From positions 64,046,001-64,110,000 of the forward strand of contig NC_043005.1 of the NCBI RefSeq assembly GCF_006345805.1: 64,000 bases of DNA, read 5' to 3'. The DNA comes from Octopus sinensis. Lineage: Eukaryota. This document shows positions 1 through 13,081 of the stretch, one piece after another (position 1 is the first letter of the stretch; each line of letters begins with the position of its first letter). Position numbers and translations under genes: made by a program. The notes below the pieces were generated by a model. The model had not been told where the DNA came from. It saw only the letters and a list, made by a program, of their open reading frames with translations, and ran no database searches.

Positions 1-395
1 TAGGAAATTATCGATAAAAGGCGAATTTATTTTTTCTGGTTTTGTTTTTCTGGAATATTTCTCTTCAAAATTTATATTCAATTAATTCTTTCGTGCTATA
101 GACATTTTTAACCGCCCCCCTCCACACACACACAACACACACTTTTATATACACTTATATAATCGCATAAACAACAAGCATACACATACGCACACGTGTG
201 TGTGTATGTGTATAAGTTTTGAAAACTAAGTTGACTGTAGCTTACTGAGCCCCCGCTTAGAACTTACTGTCAACTTTTTTTCCTGTAGTAATTAATAAAT
301 ACGTGCCCTACTACGAATTGAGTAATCCTTCAGTTTCAGATTTTATTTTTTTACATTGGTAAATTGTTTTAAATATAACTTCACATAAACAGCGA

Positions 396-440
<45 letters not shown>

Positions 441-1902
441 CATCTAGTTAGGGAGCAATGTCTTGTTTAAGCCTGTATTGATAAAAACATGTTTATGTCC
501 TAAGCTTACGTTTTCAATTAAGTTTTTTTCATAGTTCCTTATGCGTTCTTGGCAGTTTATTGGAATAATTAACTTCTCCAATCCATCAATGTTTGTACAT
601 TTTCACAGTTTCATCTTCCGAATGTTACTAGAGGGCGTAGATGATTTTTTTTTCATAGTAAGTAAATGTGAATTCTGTAGATTTCACTGCTGGGATATAA
701 TCCTTTGCTCTATGTCATCAGTTATGTGTTTATTTTGTTTCTATTTTAGTATTGCAGTGTTATGAGTAATGTTTCCATTATTTGTCGTCTTATTTCTTGT
801 GAGGAATTCCATACAATATAAATGTACTTTCCACTAAAGTTGCCTATCTAGATTTTTCTGCTATATAGCGGAGAGTGTTGCGATTGCTTCTTGCTGTATT
901 TGCATAGGAAGGCAATGTGAGAATGTTATGTTAGTATGTCTAATATAACATTTGGAATAAAGTAGTTTGCAACTATTGGGTTACAATCGAATTTATAAAC
1001 AGTATAAGGGATTTGTGTATTGGTCAATCGTTACATTCCTGCAGTTTGGTGTTCACAAATAGGTTCTAAATTCTATCGTATTATATTTTTCTATACCATA
1101 TTTTAATTTCAAGTGGTGAGCTAGCAGAATCGTAAGTACTCAGTAATTCATCAAGTTCTTTACGCTCTGAGTTCAAATTCTGGTGTGATCGACGGTGCCT
1201 TTGTTACTTTTGAGGTCGATGAAACGAGTAGGAGTTCAATATTGGGTCCGATTAAATCGGCTTACAATTGGCACTGTGCCAAAATTGGAAAGTACTACAT
1301 CAGTTTTGTATTATATTATTGGTATAGATTGTTTGATGTGATATATATTATGATATGCTCCTTGTAATATTTTTACGTGTTCAGCTGCTCAATAAATCAA
1401 TACATATTTAATTTATATAATACATTTATGTATGGTTTGTTTAATTTTAATATCTTATGTTTCTATTGCACTCTGTTCGCGTTTGTATATTTTGCTGACT
1501 TGGTCTACTAATCTACTAGAATATTCAACATATTTGAGATTCTATATTTAAAAAAAAAATGTATATCTCACACTTGATTTGTGGAAGACAATATAAAGGT
1601 TTTCGAAATAAGTGTTTATCACATGCGTTTTGTGGCTGTGATACAGTTTGTTGCCGTCATGTAAGTATAAATATTTCTGTATCTTGATGTACACGGATGT
1701 GATAAACCTATTATGGAGGTTTTCTACATAGAAAGTTGTTCATGTTTATGTGAGACTGGATGTTGAATTTTAGTGGGTAGTTGTTTTTAGGTTCCCTTTA
1801 ATTCTTCAAATATTCTATGGGAATACTACTCTCATAACATGTGCACATTTTTTGTTTGTGAATTGGTGCTACGTTGTTCTGTATTGTAGTTTCATAGAAT
1901 GA

Positions 1903-2030
1903 TCTTGATTTATGTATGTTTTGAAATAGGATTTCAAATGAAATACGTAATACTTACAGTACGTTATAATTGATTAATATTTCCCTCTGACACCTTTGGA
2001 ATAAAGTTGCAAATACATCACCGTTTAATT
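1903..2030. repeat. Dispersed repeat of about 130 bp, second copy at 4830-4957
   Basis: Shared TCTTGATTTATGTA, AAATAGGAT.TCAAATGAAA and TTGATTAATATTTCCCTCTGACAC. Confidence 0.8.
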
Positions 2031-2164
2031 TAGGCAAGCGCATGGCCACTCCATCATCTCGCCTATACTGCTGTCGGATACATGCATACAGAAGTGTGTG
2101 TGTGTGTAAATATATATATATAATGTACATATAGTTATGTATATATGTTAATATATAGAAATAG

Positions 2165-2309
<145 letters not shown>

Positions 2310-2964
2310 AGCTCTGTACAGAAGTTGTTTACGAGTAACGGTGGTGGTTTCTTTCTCTTTCTGTGTATATGTATTATATAGTATAAATAAATACTTTGCA
2401 TATATATGTATGTCTCACACATACACATTTACATACACACACACACACACATACACACACACATACACACACACACACACATATATAAAAAAAATATATA
2501 TATATAAACAATACGCATGAAATACAGGACACACTAACGAGCGAAAAACACATAAACACACGAGAGACAATTACAGGACAAAATACCAAAGAATGCACAA
2601 TAAGAACCGGATATCAACATAACGAGAGACAAGTACGGGACAAAACGCCAAAAGAAGTATAACTACTCCTCAGTTGTTGACTGTTTATTAATCCCTATTT
2701 CGAGCTTTCAACGACAAGATAGGAAAACTTCATAAGGCAGCAGCATCCAGAAATTTTAAAAATATAAAATTTATGGAGAGTTAGGGCTTCGAACGAACAA
2801 ACAGCAATAGAGTGGACGTACAGAATAAACAATCGGCGAAGACAAGCATTAAGGGCCGTTAGGCCAAGACGCATTTTAATGGGTAGTGCCTATGAGAAAT
2901 TTTGAAAGGATATAGAATATATATATGCCTTATATATAAATATATTAATAAGTTTGACTCACTT

Positions 2965-3022
2965 CAATACCACTTAGAGTTTCATGGGTGTGTAGGAAAG
3001 GGATCCATCTCATCAGATATTG
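2965..3022 (-). ncRNA. Type I hammerhead ribozyme motif, cleavage triplet mutated to GUG
   Basis: Minus strand: CAAUAU-CUGAUGA-G-AUGGAU(13 nt)ACCCAU-GAAAC-UCUAA-GUG-GUAUUG; stems I, II and III all pair. Confidence 0.75.
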
Positions 3023-3854
3023 GGAGAAGAGTAGTGGATTTGAGACAAATTCAAAATAGCTTTTAGATATTAGGTTTCTACTCATCATCTCAGATCATGT
3101 GGTATTAATGATATGAAAAGAACACAGAACTTTTCTTTATTCTTACGCCCACGTGCTCGACCACAACGTTTGCAAGGAGCTCTCACCACTAAGGCAGCGA
3201 GCTGTATAGTGTGCTCAGTGATATTAGTTCATTATATGTGACAACCCACAAGCTAGGGTGGGCTCTGCTGTTGCAGATTAGCCGCTCAGTCGCAGTTCAA
3301 GGAAGTCCTAAAACATTAGCGGTTGCAGTCTTTAGTTGGGAGTAGGCAGATTTGATGCTGTTAGATTAAAATTGAAACTGGATAATCATCATGGGTGTGG
3401 CTGCAGTCAATAAGGTTGCAAGAATTAAAGATTAATGTTGATATTATTACCCGGAAACAAAATCGAAAAGAAAATAATGCAACTGGTGTAAAAAAAAATG
3501 GTATAGGAAACGAATATTAAAACAAAAATGCCCGGAAAGCAACGGGGCTAGGGAGAGGCCTTCGGAAATTCACAAGATCCTATGTTTTACCCTCATAACT
3601 TTTAGGAAAATCGGGTTTTTTTTATAAAATTTGATATAAATGCCTTTCAAACGGTATAAACTACGATTATCAAGAAATTTGTTGGGAAAATCTTTTCTCA
3701 GGGGTAGGGAGAGGTCTTCGGAAAATTCACTGATCCGAGTTTTTCCATCGTAACCTTGAGGATTTTGAAATCACAAATTAGGCTTTACCTCGGGAACTTA
3801 GATGCAAAACATCCCTTTGAAGGGTTCGGGTCCTTATTTCTACTATACATATAT

Positions 3855-4097
3855 TGTTTGTTCCTTCTGAAGCCCTGCCTGGCTCATAAGGGCCAGTTTC
3901 CCGGCTTTCTTGGCGTATAGGTTCCCCCCCCCCACCTGGACGGGACGCCGGTCCGTCACAGGTGAGCTGCAAGATGCAGGAGGAAAGAGTGGGAGAAAGT
4001 AGTGGCGAAATAGTCAGCAGAAGTTCGCCATTACCTTCTGCCCGGTCTGAGATTCGAACCCGCGAGTCCGCTGCCCTAACCACAACGCCATGTGCCC
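3855..4097 (-). mobile_element. SINE family B variant
   Basis: Reverse-complement match to 33975-34238 (head, GGCGAACTTCTGCTGA body, GAAAC.GGCCCTTATGAGCCAGG tail). Confidence 0.88.
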
Positions 4098-4109
4098 TAC
4101 CTATATATA

Positions 4110-4174
<65 letters not shown>

Positions 4175-4178
4175 CTCG

Positions 4179-4267
<89 letters not shown>

Positions 4268-7200
4268 TATGTGTGTATATATATATATGTATGGGTGTGT
4301 ACGCGTGTTTGTGTGTGTGTGTGTAGTTTTGTACGGGATACTCAGAAGAAAATGATGATGAAAGCTACTTTACAGAGTTCTAATTTTATTTTTAAATATA
4401 AGCGTTTACGATCTGAAATATCTTATTTTTAAATTCTTTAGTACTCGGAAGCAATTGTAATATACCTAATTGTTTTCCATGCTAAATATCTTAATTAATC
4501 GTACCAATATATAAATTAATTTACTAATGATAAAGATAAATAAATCAATAAGTCTTCGTGACAAATATTTATTTCGTTCACACGTTATTCGGATATATTG
4601 ACTTAACCTCTTTTACCTTTCACCATTAACAAATACACAGCCTTAATGTCTTCAGCAATAAAAGTTTCTGCGTTCCTACCTTGATGAGAATCAAATTAAA
4701 TAGCCACAACCGGCAATCGAACTTGATTTGATTATTTAGATATTCAGAACCACATCACCTACGCTACTGTGCTTGCCTAATTAATTGAGATTTTCTGGTT
4801 ATTGTTGTTTATCAAATCATTTATTACGGTCTTGATTTATGTACTTTCCGAAAATAGGATATCAAATGAAAGGTGTTATACTAGAACACCTAATACTTGA
4901 TTAATATTTCCCTCTGACACTCTGGGAGCAAAGTGGCAAATTTATCACTGTTTAAATCGCAGTCCATTAAAACTTGATGGATAACACATTTGACAAGTGA
5001 TAATGTAGTATCATGTGGTTTATTCCAAGGAAATAAATCATGAGATTTTTATTTTGAAATATCAATGTGGTAGATGTTGATTAATATTTAATTTGTTTTG
5101 TTTTGTTATTTTCATTTTTTTTCTACATTCCATATCTTTCTTTCTGGACGTTGACTTTTTAAAATACATAATTCTCTGTTGACAATATTTATTAGTAACA
5201 TTTGCAACAAGAGAATGTGTAACAATAAAAATATAATGATGTCTACTACGGGTCATTGAGAGCAACACTGGACATTTTATCTTTTCCTATGTAGTACACC
5301 AAGGGGAAATCAGCCTAATTATCACCTTCCTGTCTCTGAAAATAATTTCAATAAAACTCGAATTAAATTATATAGTGCCCTAGTTGGTGACAGTGGGGGT
5401 ACAGTGATGCGTCATCATGCGATATTTGTTTAAAGCAGAGGGAAATGAATGTGTGGAAGAGTGACAGAAGTACTTTAGTGAAAAATAATTTGCAGCACCG
5501 GTGATACGACAGGACGTTTCCAGCCTCCTCTCCCTCTTTTTCTATAGATTTCACACACCAAGTATAAACAGAACCAGGATATGTATTCAATGAAATATAC
5601 GTCAACAACTGTCCTTTACTTCTTAACGTGCCAGGCGATTGGCCTGCAAAATTATATACAGGCTACAAATTGCTAACTGGATCTAGATTAGAATATAAAA
5701 AGCCTTGATAATCCAATACACTACATAATATATTTAACATATGGCAGTGTAAATCTTCACTAGTTTTGTAATGAACATTCACGTTTTCCTATTGGTGTTT
5801 GGAAAGTTACAATACAATCAGTTAGGCGTTAATATCGGGATGATGGCTTAATTACCGATATAGTAAAATCTGGAATGTGAGAGAATTGGTGGTACCCTGC
5901 CACAACAACAACCACGACATAGACAATTCTCTTGAAGAGTTTCATGAGTTTGTTGCCGTTGGCGGATAATCAAATGTAAAGCCTTGTTTTATTAAACTTG
6001 CTGATTTACTCAGGTAACCGAATCTCTCAAACTGGCAACCAGAAAAAAAGAAAAGAAAATGTGTAGGTGGAGTCAAGAAATGTTGCGTTAATTGGTGTGA
6101 ATTAAATGTCATTAAAAGAAAGTTTCTACTATTCTTAAAACGGGTCGTTACTTTTCAAGGTACAATATTTATTTTCAAGGTACAATATTTATTTTCCTGC
6201 ATTTACAGTACCAGTATTTTATTAAGTTCATCAAGCTTGTTTTTTACTAATATTATATTTTTATGTCTTTTTATTTCTCTCATTTCTAATATATTCAGAA
6301 TATTATTGATAATACTGACGCATGTATAGAGTTTATTGAGATATGTAAGGTGTTATTTTAAATTAAATAGCGATTATCAGATATCCATAAAATTCAGTTA
6401 TCCGCCAAGCCTCTCATCCCAGTGGTACTTGATAGGAGGTAATTTAATGATTAAAGATTGGGTGCTTTGATGCAAAAGCATTTAGGGATTCCTAAAACTT
6501 TCTTTTATTTTACTGTTTAAAGATGCATTAGTAGTAGAAATTCTACGTCGTCTAATTTCTATGTCTTTTAATGCGTAGATTTTGAGCATAACATTATTTT
6601 ATTGTATTAACGATTTGGATTATATCTACGACTTTGATCCCGAGTTAGGGTTCTTGAAAGCATAACACTTGGGTATATTTCATTATGTTAAATATTTTTA
6701 TTACGATCTTAATTTCGGTTGTTGAACGTGTAACATTCGAACTCACGTAATAGCAAGTAGAATATTATAGATGCTCAGGGAACAAATGACATTGGTAACA
6801 CTGAAATTGCGAAGAGCAAAGGTTGAATTATCTCTCACCTCTTTATTTAGAGCAGCACAAAACAATTATACGAATACATTCTTATACAAAATGAATTAAC
6901 ACATTTTCTATATTATATATACTGTGTAATTATCTTATATAACAATAGCGCCAAATTACGATATCAATAACAAGCTACAAACCATCGACCTTTCTAATAG
7001 AAGGTGAGCACCATATCTGATCATCCATCTGCGACTCTCTCAATACACAATATAATTAAAATTATTATGAAGAATCCTACAAGCAAAAGTGCTTCACTTA
7101 TAATTTGTAATGACACCTTATATTTACAGAAGAAACATTTGTGATTCTAAGATAGCAAATTTGAATAGACTTTGTCTTCTAAACTCGGCTTCATTACTTA

Positions 7201-7743
7201 AATATCATTAAAAGCAAATTGAACAAGCTAAACACAATATACTGCACTTCATAGGAACACCGCAAGTGGTATAACTGATGAAACCTATGTGGTATCTTTC
7301 AAACATCTTCCAATCTATCAGCTTCAAATTCTTAATACATTGAGGTGAATTTATTAGAGCTGTAATTTTCCCTGAATTTGGCCATGTTTCATAATATTAA
7401 GATTAATTATATATATCACTACATCAAAAACTATAAATGTGCTGCCTAAATATAACATAATTTTAATGTAATAATTACTGAATAATATTAGCTGTGTGGT
7501 TGAAATCAAATATAGATTTAATAACGGAGAAAGATTAATCTCTAATCTTTTACTATCTTATCAAGAAATCTTGATCTTATTCTCACGTTTAGTTTCAACC
7601 TTTACCAACTCGTCACCACCTGATCACCGTTTAATCATTAAAGTAAATCTAATTTAATCCTATTGCATTACAGCGCAATAGGATGAACCGAACTTTGTAA
7701 TGTCGAACACATCTTACCCTGACTATGTGCATATATAGATATG

Positions 7744-7749
<6 letters not shown>

Positions 7750-7775
<26 letters not shown>

Positions 7776-8356
7776 AGTGTGTCTGTGTGTAAGCGCAGAT
7801 GTAGCTGTATGGTTAAGAAGTTACTATCTCATTCCGAACCACGTAGGTTTACATTCGCCAATGAATGTATAACTGTATGTAAGTATATGCATCTTTCTCT
7901 CCTCTACACACACACATACAAACACTTGAATACACACTCACGTGTACACACACCCAGAGACACACAAATACACACACATACATGCACAAATACATATGAT
8001 AAGTTTCAATTCTCACGTGAGATGATAGGGTAAAACATCAAACTAAGAACAATGAACAGATGTGTCCTGCTAAACCCTCATTCGACGAAGCGATGGCAGT
8101 CCAATAAAAAAAATAATGTGTGTGTATGTGGGTGTGCGTTTGTGTGTATGTATGTGTGTATATGTGTGTGAAGTCTAATTGTGTTTATCTGCATCACATC
8201 CTCCACATCAGCTCGTATTGGATTTCTTCTGTAGCCGCTCTTGACGCAGTGGATCTAGTTCTAGCTGAGGAATTCGGAGTTTACGTTCAAATTCATTTGA
8301 GCACTTCTACTTGTTCTTTTTTTTATATTGAGTATATCTGGCGCTCAACTAGCGTC

Positions 8357-8404
<48 letters not shown>

Positions 8405-8990
8405 TGTGTCTGTGTGTAAGCGCAGATGTAGCTGTATGGTTAAGAAGTTACTATCTCATTCCGAACCACGTAGGTTTACATTCGCCAATGAATGTATAAC
8501 TGTATGTAAGTATATGCATCTTTCTCTCCTCTACACACACACATACAAACACTTGAATACACACTCACGTGTACACACACCCAGAGACACACAAATACAC
8601 ACACATACATGCACAAATACATATGATAAGTTTCAATTCTCACGTGAGATGATAGGGTAAAACATCAAACTAAGAACAATGAACAGATGTGTCCTGCTAA
8701 ACCCTCATTCGACGAAGCGATGGCAGTCCAATAAAAAAAATAATGTGTGTGTATGTGGGTGTGCGTTTGTGTGTATGTATGTGTGTATATGTGTGTGAAG
8801 TCTAATTGTGTTTATCTGCATCACATCCTCCACATCAGCTCGTATTGGATTTCTTCTGTAGCCGCTCTTGACGCAGTGGATCTAGTTCTAGCTGAGGAAT
8901 TCGGAGTTTACGTTCAAATTCATTTGAGCACTTCTACTTGTTCTTTTTTTTATATTGAGTATATCTGGCGCTCAACTAGCGTCTATATAT
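7750..8990. repeat. Tandem duplication, 627-bp period, bounded by (TG)n
   Basis: AAGCGCAGAT at 7791 and 8418; GCGCTCAACTAGCG at 8341 and 8968; identical ORF translations 627 bp apart. Confidence 0.97.
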
Positions 8991-9030
<40 letters not shown>

Positions 9031-9199
9031 GTGTGTGTATAATATGTGTGTGGATGTGAGTATGTAGATACACTCACGCACACACATAGTTGCACTGAAC
9101 CTGGATACATATTTGTGTGTCCCACCACCGTTTGACAGCCGATGTTGGTGTGTCTATCTCCCTGTAACTTAATTCCAGCAAAAGACACCGATAGATAGA

Positions 9200-10120
9200 C
9201 AGGGAGGGAGAATCTTAGAGATGACGGAGCATTTGGAATTCCAGTAATTGACAACATTGAGGGATACATTGATCGTGTTCAGCACATGGTGATGGTTGAT
9301 AGGCGATTAACTATAAATCAAATAGCCAATGTTATTAGCATATCCATGAGAGAGTTCAGAATATTCTGCGCAATGAACTTGGCATGACGAAGGTGGATGC
9401 TACCTTTTTGGACATTTGATCAAAAGTGCATTAGGCAGATCCCATCATTGGAAAATCTAACATTGCTTCAGGCATATCCAGTTACTTCCCTTGGACATTT
9501 CCTAACCCAGGATGAGTGTTGGATTCATTACTTTGAGCTAGAGGCAAAGAGGCAATCCATGCAGTGGAAGCACTCCCGCCTCATCTGCTCCAAATAACTC
9601 AAAGTCCTTTCGTCCGTGGGGAATGCAATTGCCTCAGTATTGGTGGGATGAGAAAGGCAATATGGAAAGGACCACATTATCAATGGAGAGTATTGTGCTA
9701 ATTTGCTGAGGTAGTTATGAAAGGGTATCAAGAAGAAACGTCTAGAAAACTGACAAAAGGAGTCTTATTTTTATCAGGACAATGCTCAAGCATTGTCCTG
9801 ATGGCTACTGTGCATGACTGGCTTTCAACAGGTTGGTCAGCCTCCCTATTCCCCTGTTTCGGCCCCATCTGATTATCATCTGTCCTCCAAAATTTAAAAA
9901 AAAAACTTTAGACTGGGAACCAGTATCGCAGTGATAATGATTCATATTTGCTGTTGATAACTGTTTTTATCAACAGGATGAAAGTTCCTTCGCCAATGCA
10001 CTGCAACACCGATGGACAAAGCGTGTGAACTGCAAGGGGACTATGTTAAAACATAAACTTCATTTGGTCACATTCCATCAGATTATCCTGGTTAGACTCT
10101 GAAAATTTCAGCGACCCTAG
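9200..10120 (+). mobile_element. 5'-truncated degenerate mariner (same family as 41765-42736)
   Basis: LTQDECWIHYFE, QDNA and PYSPVSAPSDY motifs; RWTKRVNCKGDYV-like C-terminus; TIR-like end ...TTTCAGCGACCCTAG followed by TA. Colinear with 41765-42736. Confidence 0.9.
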
Positions 10121-10895
10121 TATATAGAAATTTCATGTCAAAAATGTTTAACTTATATTTAACATAAATATAGATTGATAAACATATAGCTGTCTGAAAT
10201 GAATAGTGGATCGTATAGATACAGTTTGCACCAGCTCCTGCAAGAGATCAGTGCCGAATCAATGATGTCAGATGAGTGAAAAATAATTAAAGAATGAGAA
10301 ATAGATTTTTTGGAAAAATCAGATAGCCACAGACACAAATAGGTAGATAGATAAGTAGCTATATATACAAATACACACACAGACATACACACACAGACAT
10401 ACACACACTCACACAAACAGACATACATAGATAGACAGACAGACAGCCAGATAGAATCTATAACCCTGTAAAAGTTTTTCTTGCCTTGGAGGTTTTAATG
10501 GCTATTTATCAAACGGTGTTCGCGGCATATACTCGTATATCTGTAGTGAAAACCACAGCTTATATGTACAATTTTGCGAGCGTTTTTTGTACGACATCAA
10601 GAGAATTTGAATTGACCCATCGGAGAATAGCAACTTCTGACAGTCAGAAAGCAATCAATCATTTGTTTGAAGAATCTTTTCAACGACGCTTGTTCACAGA
10701 GCCACTATCTACAGCCAATGGTATCGATTGCATAACGTAGTCAGAACATCATTCAGAGAATAAAATGTCGTGTTAAATAGGGGTATATCTGTTTCTCAAA
10801 CTTTTAAGCATTATTTCTTTATTTTTACTAGTATTATACGATGTATCTAGATAAGTGCAGGCTTCCAGCCACATAGTCTCAGGTTCTGTTTCACT

Positions 10896-10978
<83 letters not shown>

Positions 10979-11586
10979 GAATTAGAAAAATAAACATGCA
11001 AATAGACACATCTGTATATCTCATTCTCGCTTACATACATAGACCCGCGCGTAAGCGCATGCTCGCACGCACGTACACACGTTGCTTCTTAAATCGCGGT
11101 TTCATATAGCGTATAACCACTTACAAACGTATAAGCTTGTATGTATGAATGTGTGTGTGTGTGTTTATAATTTATTAAATGCACATACGATAAATAGATT
11201 TTAAAACACCCTTGAATAATACTGAAAGTTTTCTGATGTTAATTCATGTAGAAATCAATTTATGAATTGTGTTTAGATAAATTTAATGCAATAAACAGCT
11301 TTGTACGGGAATGTGCGTATGTGTGTGTGTGTGTGTGTTTTACGAACTATGTAGCATTACGAATAGTACTCGAGACGTATAGATTTATTACACGCACACA
11401 CGCACTCACACAATGTATATATATATATGTGTGTGTGTGTGTGTGGTGTAAAATATATAAGCCTTGTGAGTGAATTTGGTAGACGGAAACTGAGAGAAGC
11501 CTGTCATATATGTACATGTGTATATTTGTGTTTGTGTCATTGTTTGTCCCTCCACAATCGCTTGAGAACCGACCTTGGTGTTTATA

Positions 11587-11631
<45 letters not shown>

Positions 11632-11784
11632 TGGTTAGTTGGGTCACCACCTGTCTTGGTAACTGGGATTTGGCCGAGTTTACTAAAGACCATTAACGTT
11701 ATTCTCAGCCAAAGTTGGCATCACACATTGTGCGACACGACTATACCTTTGATCTATTGTCACGATTCATTTGACCGTCTTCTA

Positions 11785-13081
11785 CGAGGGACGTTCAATA
11801 AGTAATGCCTCTGGCCCACTTGCAGTTGTTTGATCTAGCTGAAATTTTGCATATGCAATCATTTATATCTCTATAGAGTAAGTGACAAATTACAGCTCTG
11901 AATTAATTGTGGTTTCTTATTTACAGGTGTTTGAACCGAGTCAAGTGTGAAATGGAGCCTGTTGAGTGTCGAGCAGTGATCCGGTTTTTGTATTTGAAAG
12001 GACGCACATCACGGGAGACTTTTGATGAAATGAAAGTAACTTATGGTGATGATGCCCCATCATATGACCTTGTAAAACGCTAGCATCGTGAATTCAAACA
12101 TGGTCGGAACTCTGTGGAAACAGCTCCCAGATCTGGTCGCCCCCTTCTGCCATTGATGAGGCATCTGTCCGTCAAGTTGAGGCTGCCATTTTGGAAGATC
12201 GACGCATAATTATTCGCCAAATAGCCCATGAGGTCAAGATTAGTACCGGGTCTGTGGAAACTATCATTCATGACCATTTGCATATGCAAAAGGTGTCTGC
12301 CAGATGGATTCCCAGGTTGCTCACGCCTTTCTAGAAACAAGAACGCGTCGAATGCTCGAGGGTGAATTTGGAGATGTGCCAAGAAGATGAGTCAAAATTT
12401 TTCAAAAGACTGATTACACAGGATGAAACCTGGGTCCATCACGATGATCCAGAGACCAAAGCCCAGTCAATGCAAGGTAAGCACCGTGACTCACCCCCTC
12501 CAAAGAAGGCAAGGGTGCAGCCCTCCGCTGGCAAGGTCAGGCTCACAGTCTTCTGGGATCAGGACGGAGTAGTGATGACAGATTTCCTGGCAAAGGGTAC
12601 CACAATTGCAGGAGCCTATTATGCTTCACTTTTGAGGAAATTAAGAGAAGTTATCGAAATCAAGAGGCGGGGCAAGATCAGCAAAGGCATCCTCCTCCTG
12701 CAGGACAACGCTCCGGTCCACAACTCGTTTGTCGCCAGATCAGAAGCACAGGCGTACGGCTATGAACTCCTCCCCATCCCCCCTACTTTCCTGACCTTGC
12801 ACCCTCTGATTTTCACCTCTTCCCAATCATTTTCCCAAAGTTGTTTTTGAAAGGAAAGCGTTTCCCAGATGATGCAGCCTTGATTTCTGAAGTCACGTTG
12901 AGGTTGGAGGACCAAGCTGGGTTCTTCTACAAAAACGGTCTCCAGAGCCGCATCAAACGATGGGAGAAATGCGTAACTCTGGGTGGTTCCTATGTAGAAA
13001 AAGACTAATAACTGTGCCAAGTTTCGTTGCTCTACTGCTATGGGAAGTGGGTCAGGGGCATTACTTATTGAACGCCCCTCG
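11785..13081 (+). mobile_element. Full-length mariner (Tc1/mariner, DD34D) DNA transposon, inactivated
   Basis: Left TIR CGAGGGACGTTCAATAAGTAATGCCTCTGGCCCACTT matches the reverse complement of the right end (AAGTGGGTCAGGGGCATTACTTATTGAACGCCCCTCG) with 3 mismatches. TA at 11783-84 and 13082-83; length 1297 bp, typical of mariner. Confidence 0.97.
11952..13008 (+). pseudogene. mariner transposase pseudogene
   Basis: ATG 11952 (MEPVECRAVIRFLYLKG...), WIPRLL motif, ITQDETWVHH, LLQDNAPVH, PYFPDLAPSDFH (other frame), C-terminal RWEKCVTLGGSYVEKD* ending at 13008. Premature TAG near 12081 and frameshifts. Confidence 0.95.

Noticed and set aside
540-1900. Possible decayed LINE/Penelope coding remnant on the minus strand (also 28100-28500)
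   Set aside because: Strand-biased composition only; no diagnostic motif could be read.
4605-4662. Minus-strand CUGAAGA-stem-GAAA
   Set aside because: Extra nucleotides before GAAA and no stem I; plausibly chance. Likewise CTGATGA at 7274 and 27063 lack a GAAA partner.
6162-6197. Short perfect tandem duplications (also 47893-47926)
   Set aside because: Ordinary 18-20 bp slippage duplications.
10486-10740. 84-aa non-repetitive ORF
   Set aside because: TTG start, no recognisable domain, no convincing splice sites.
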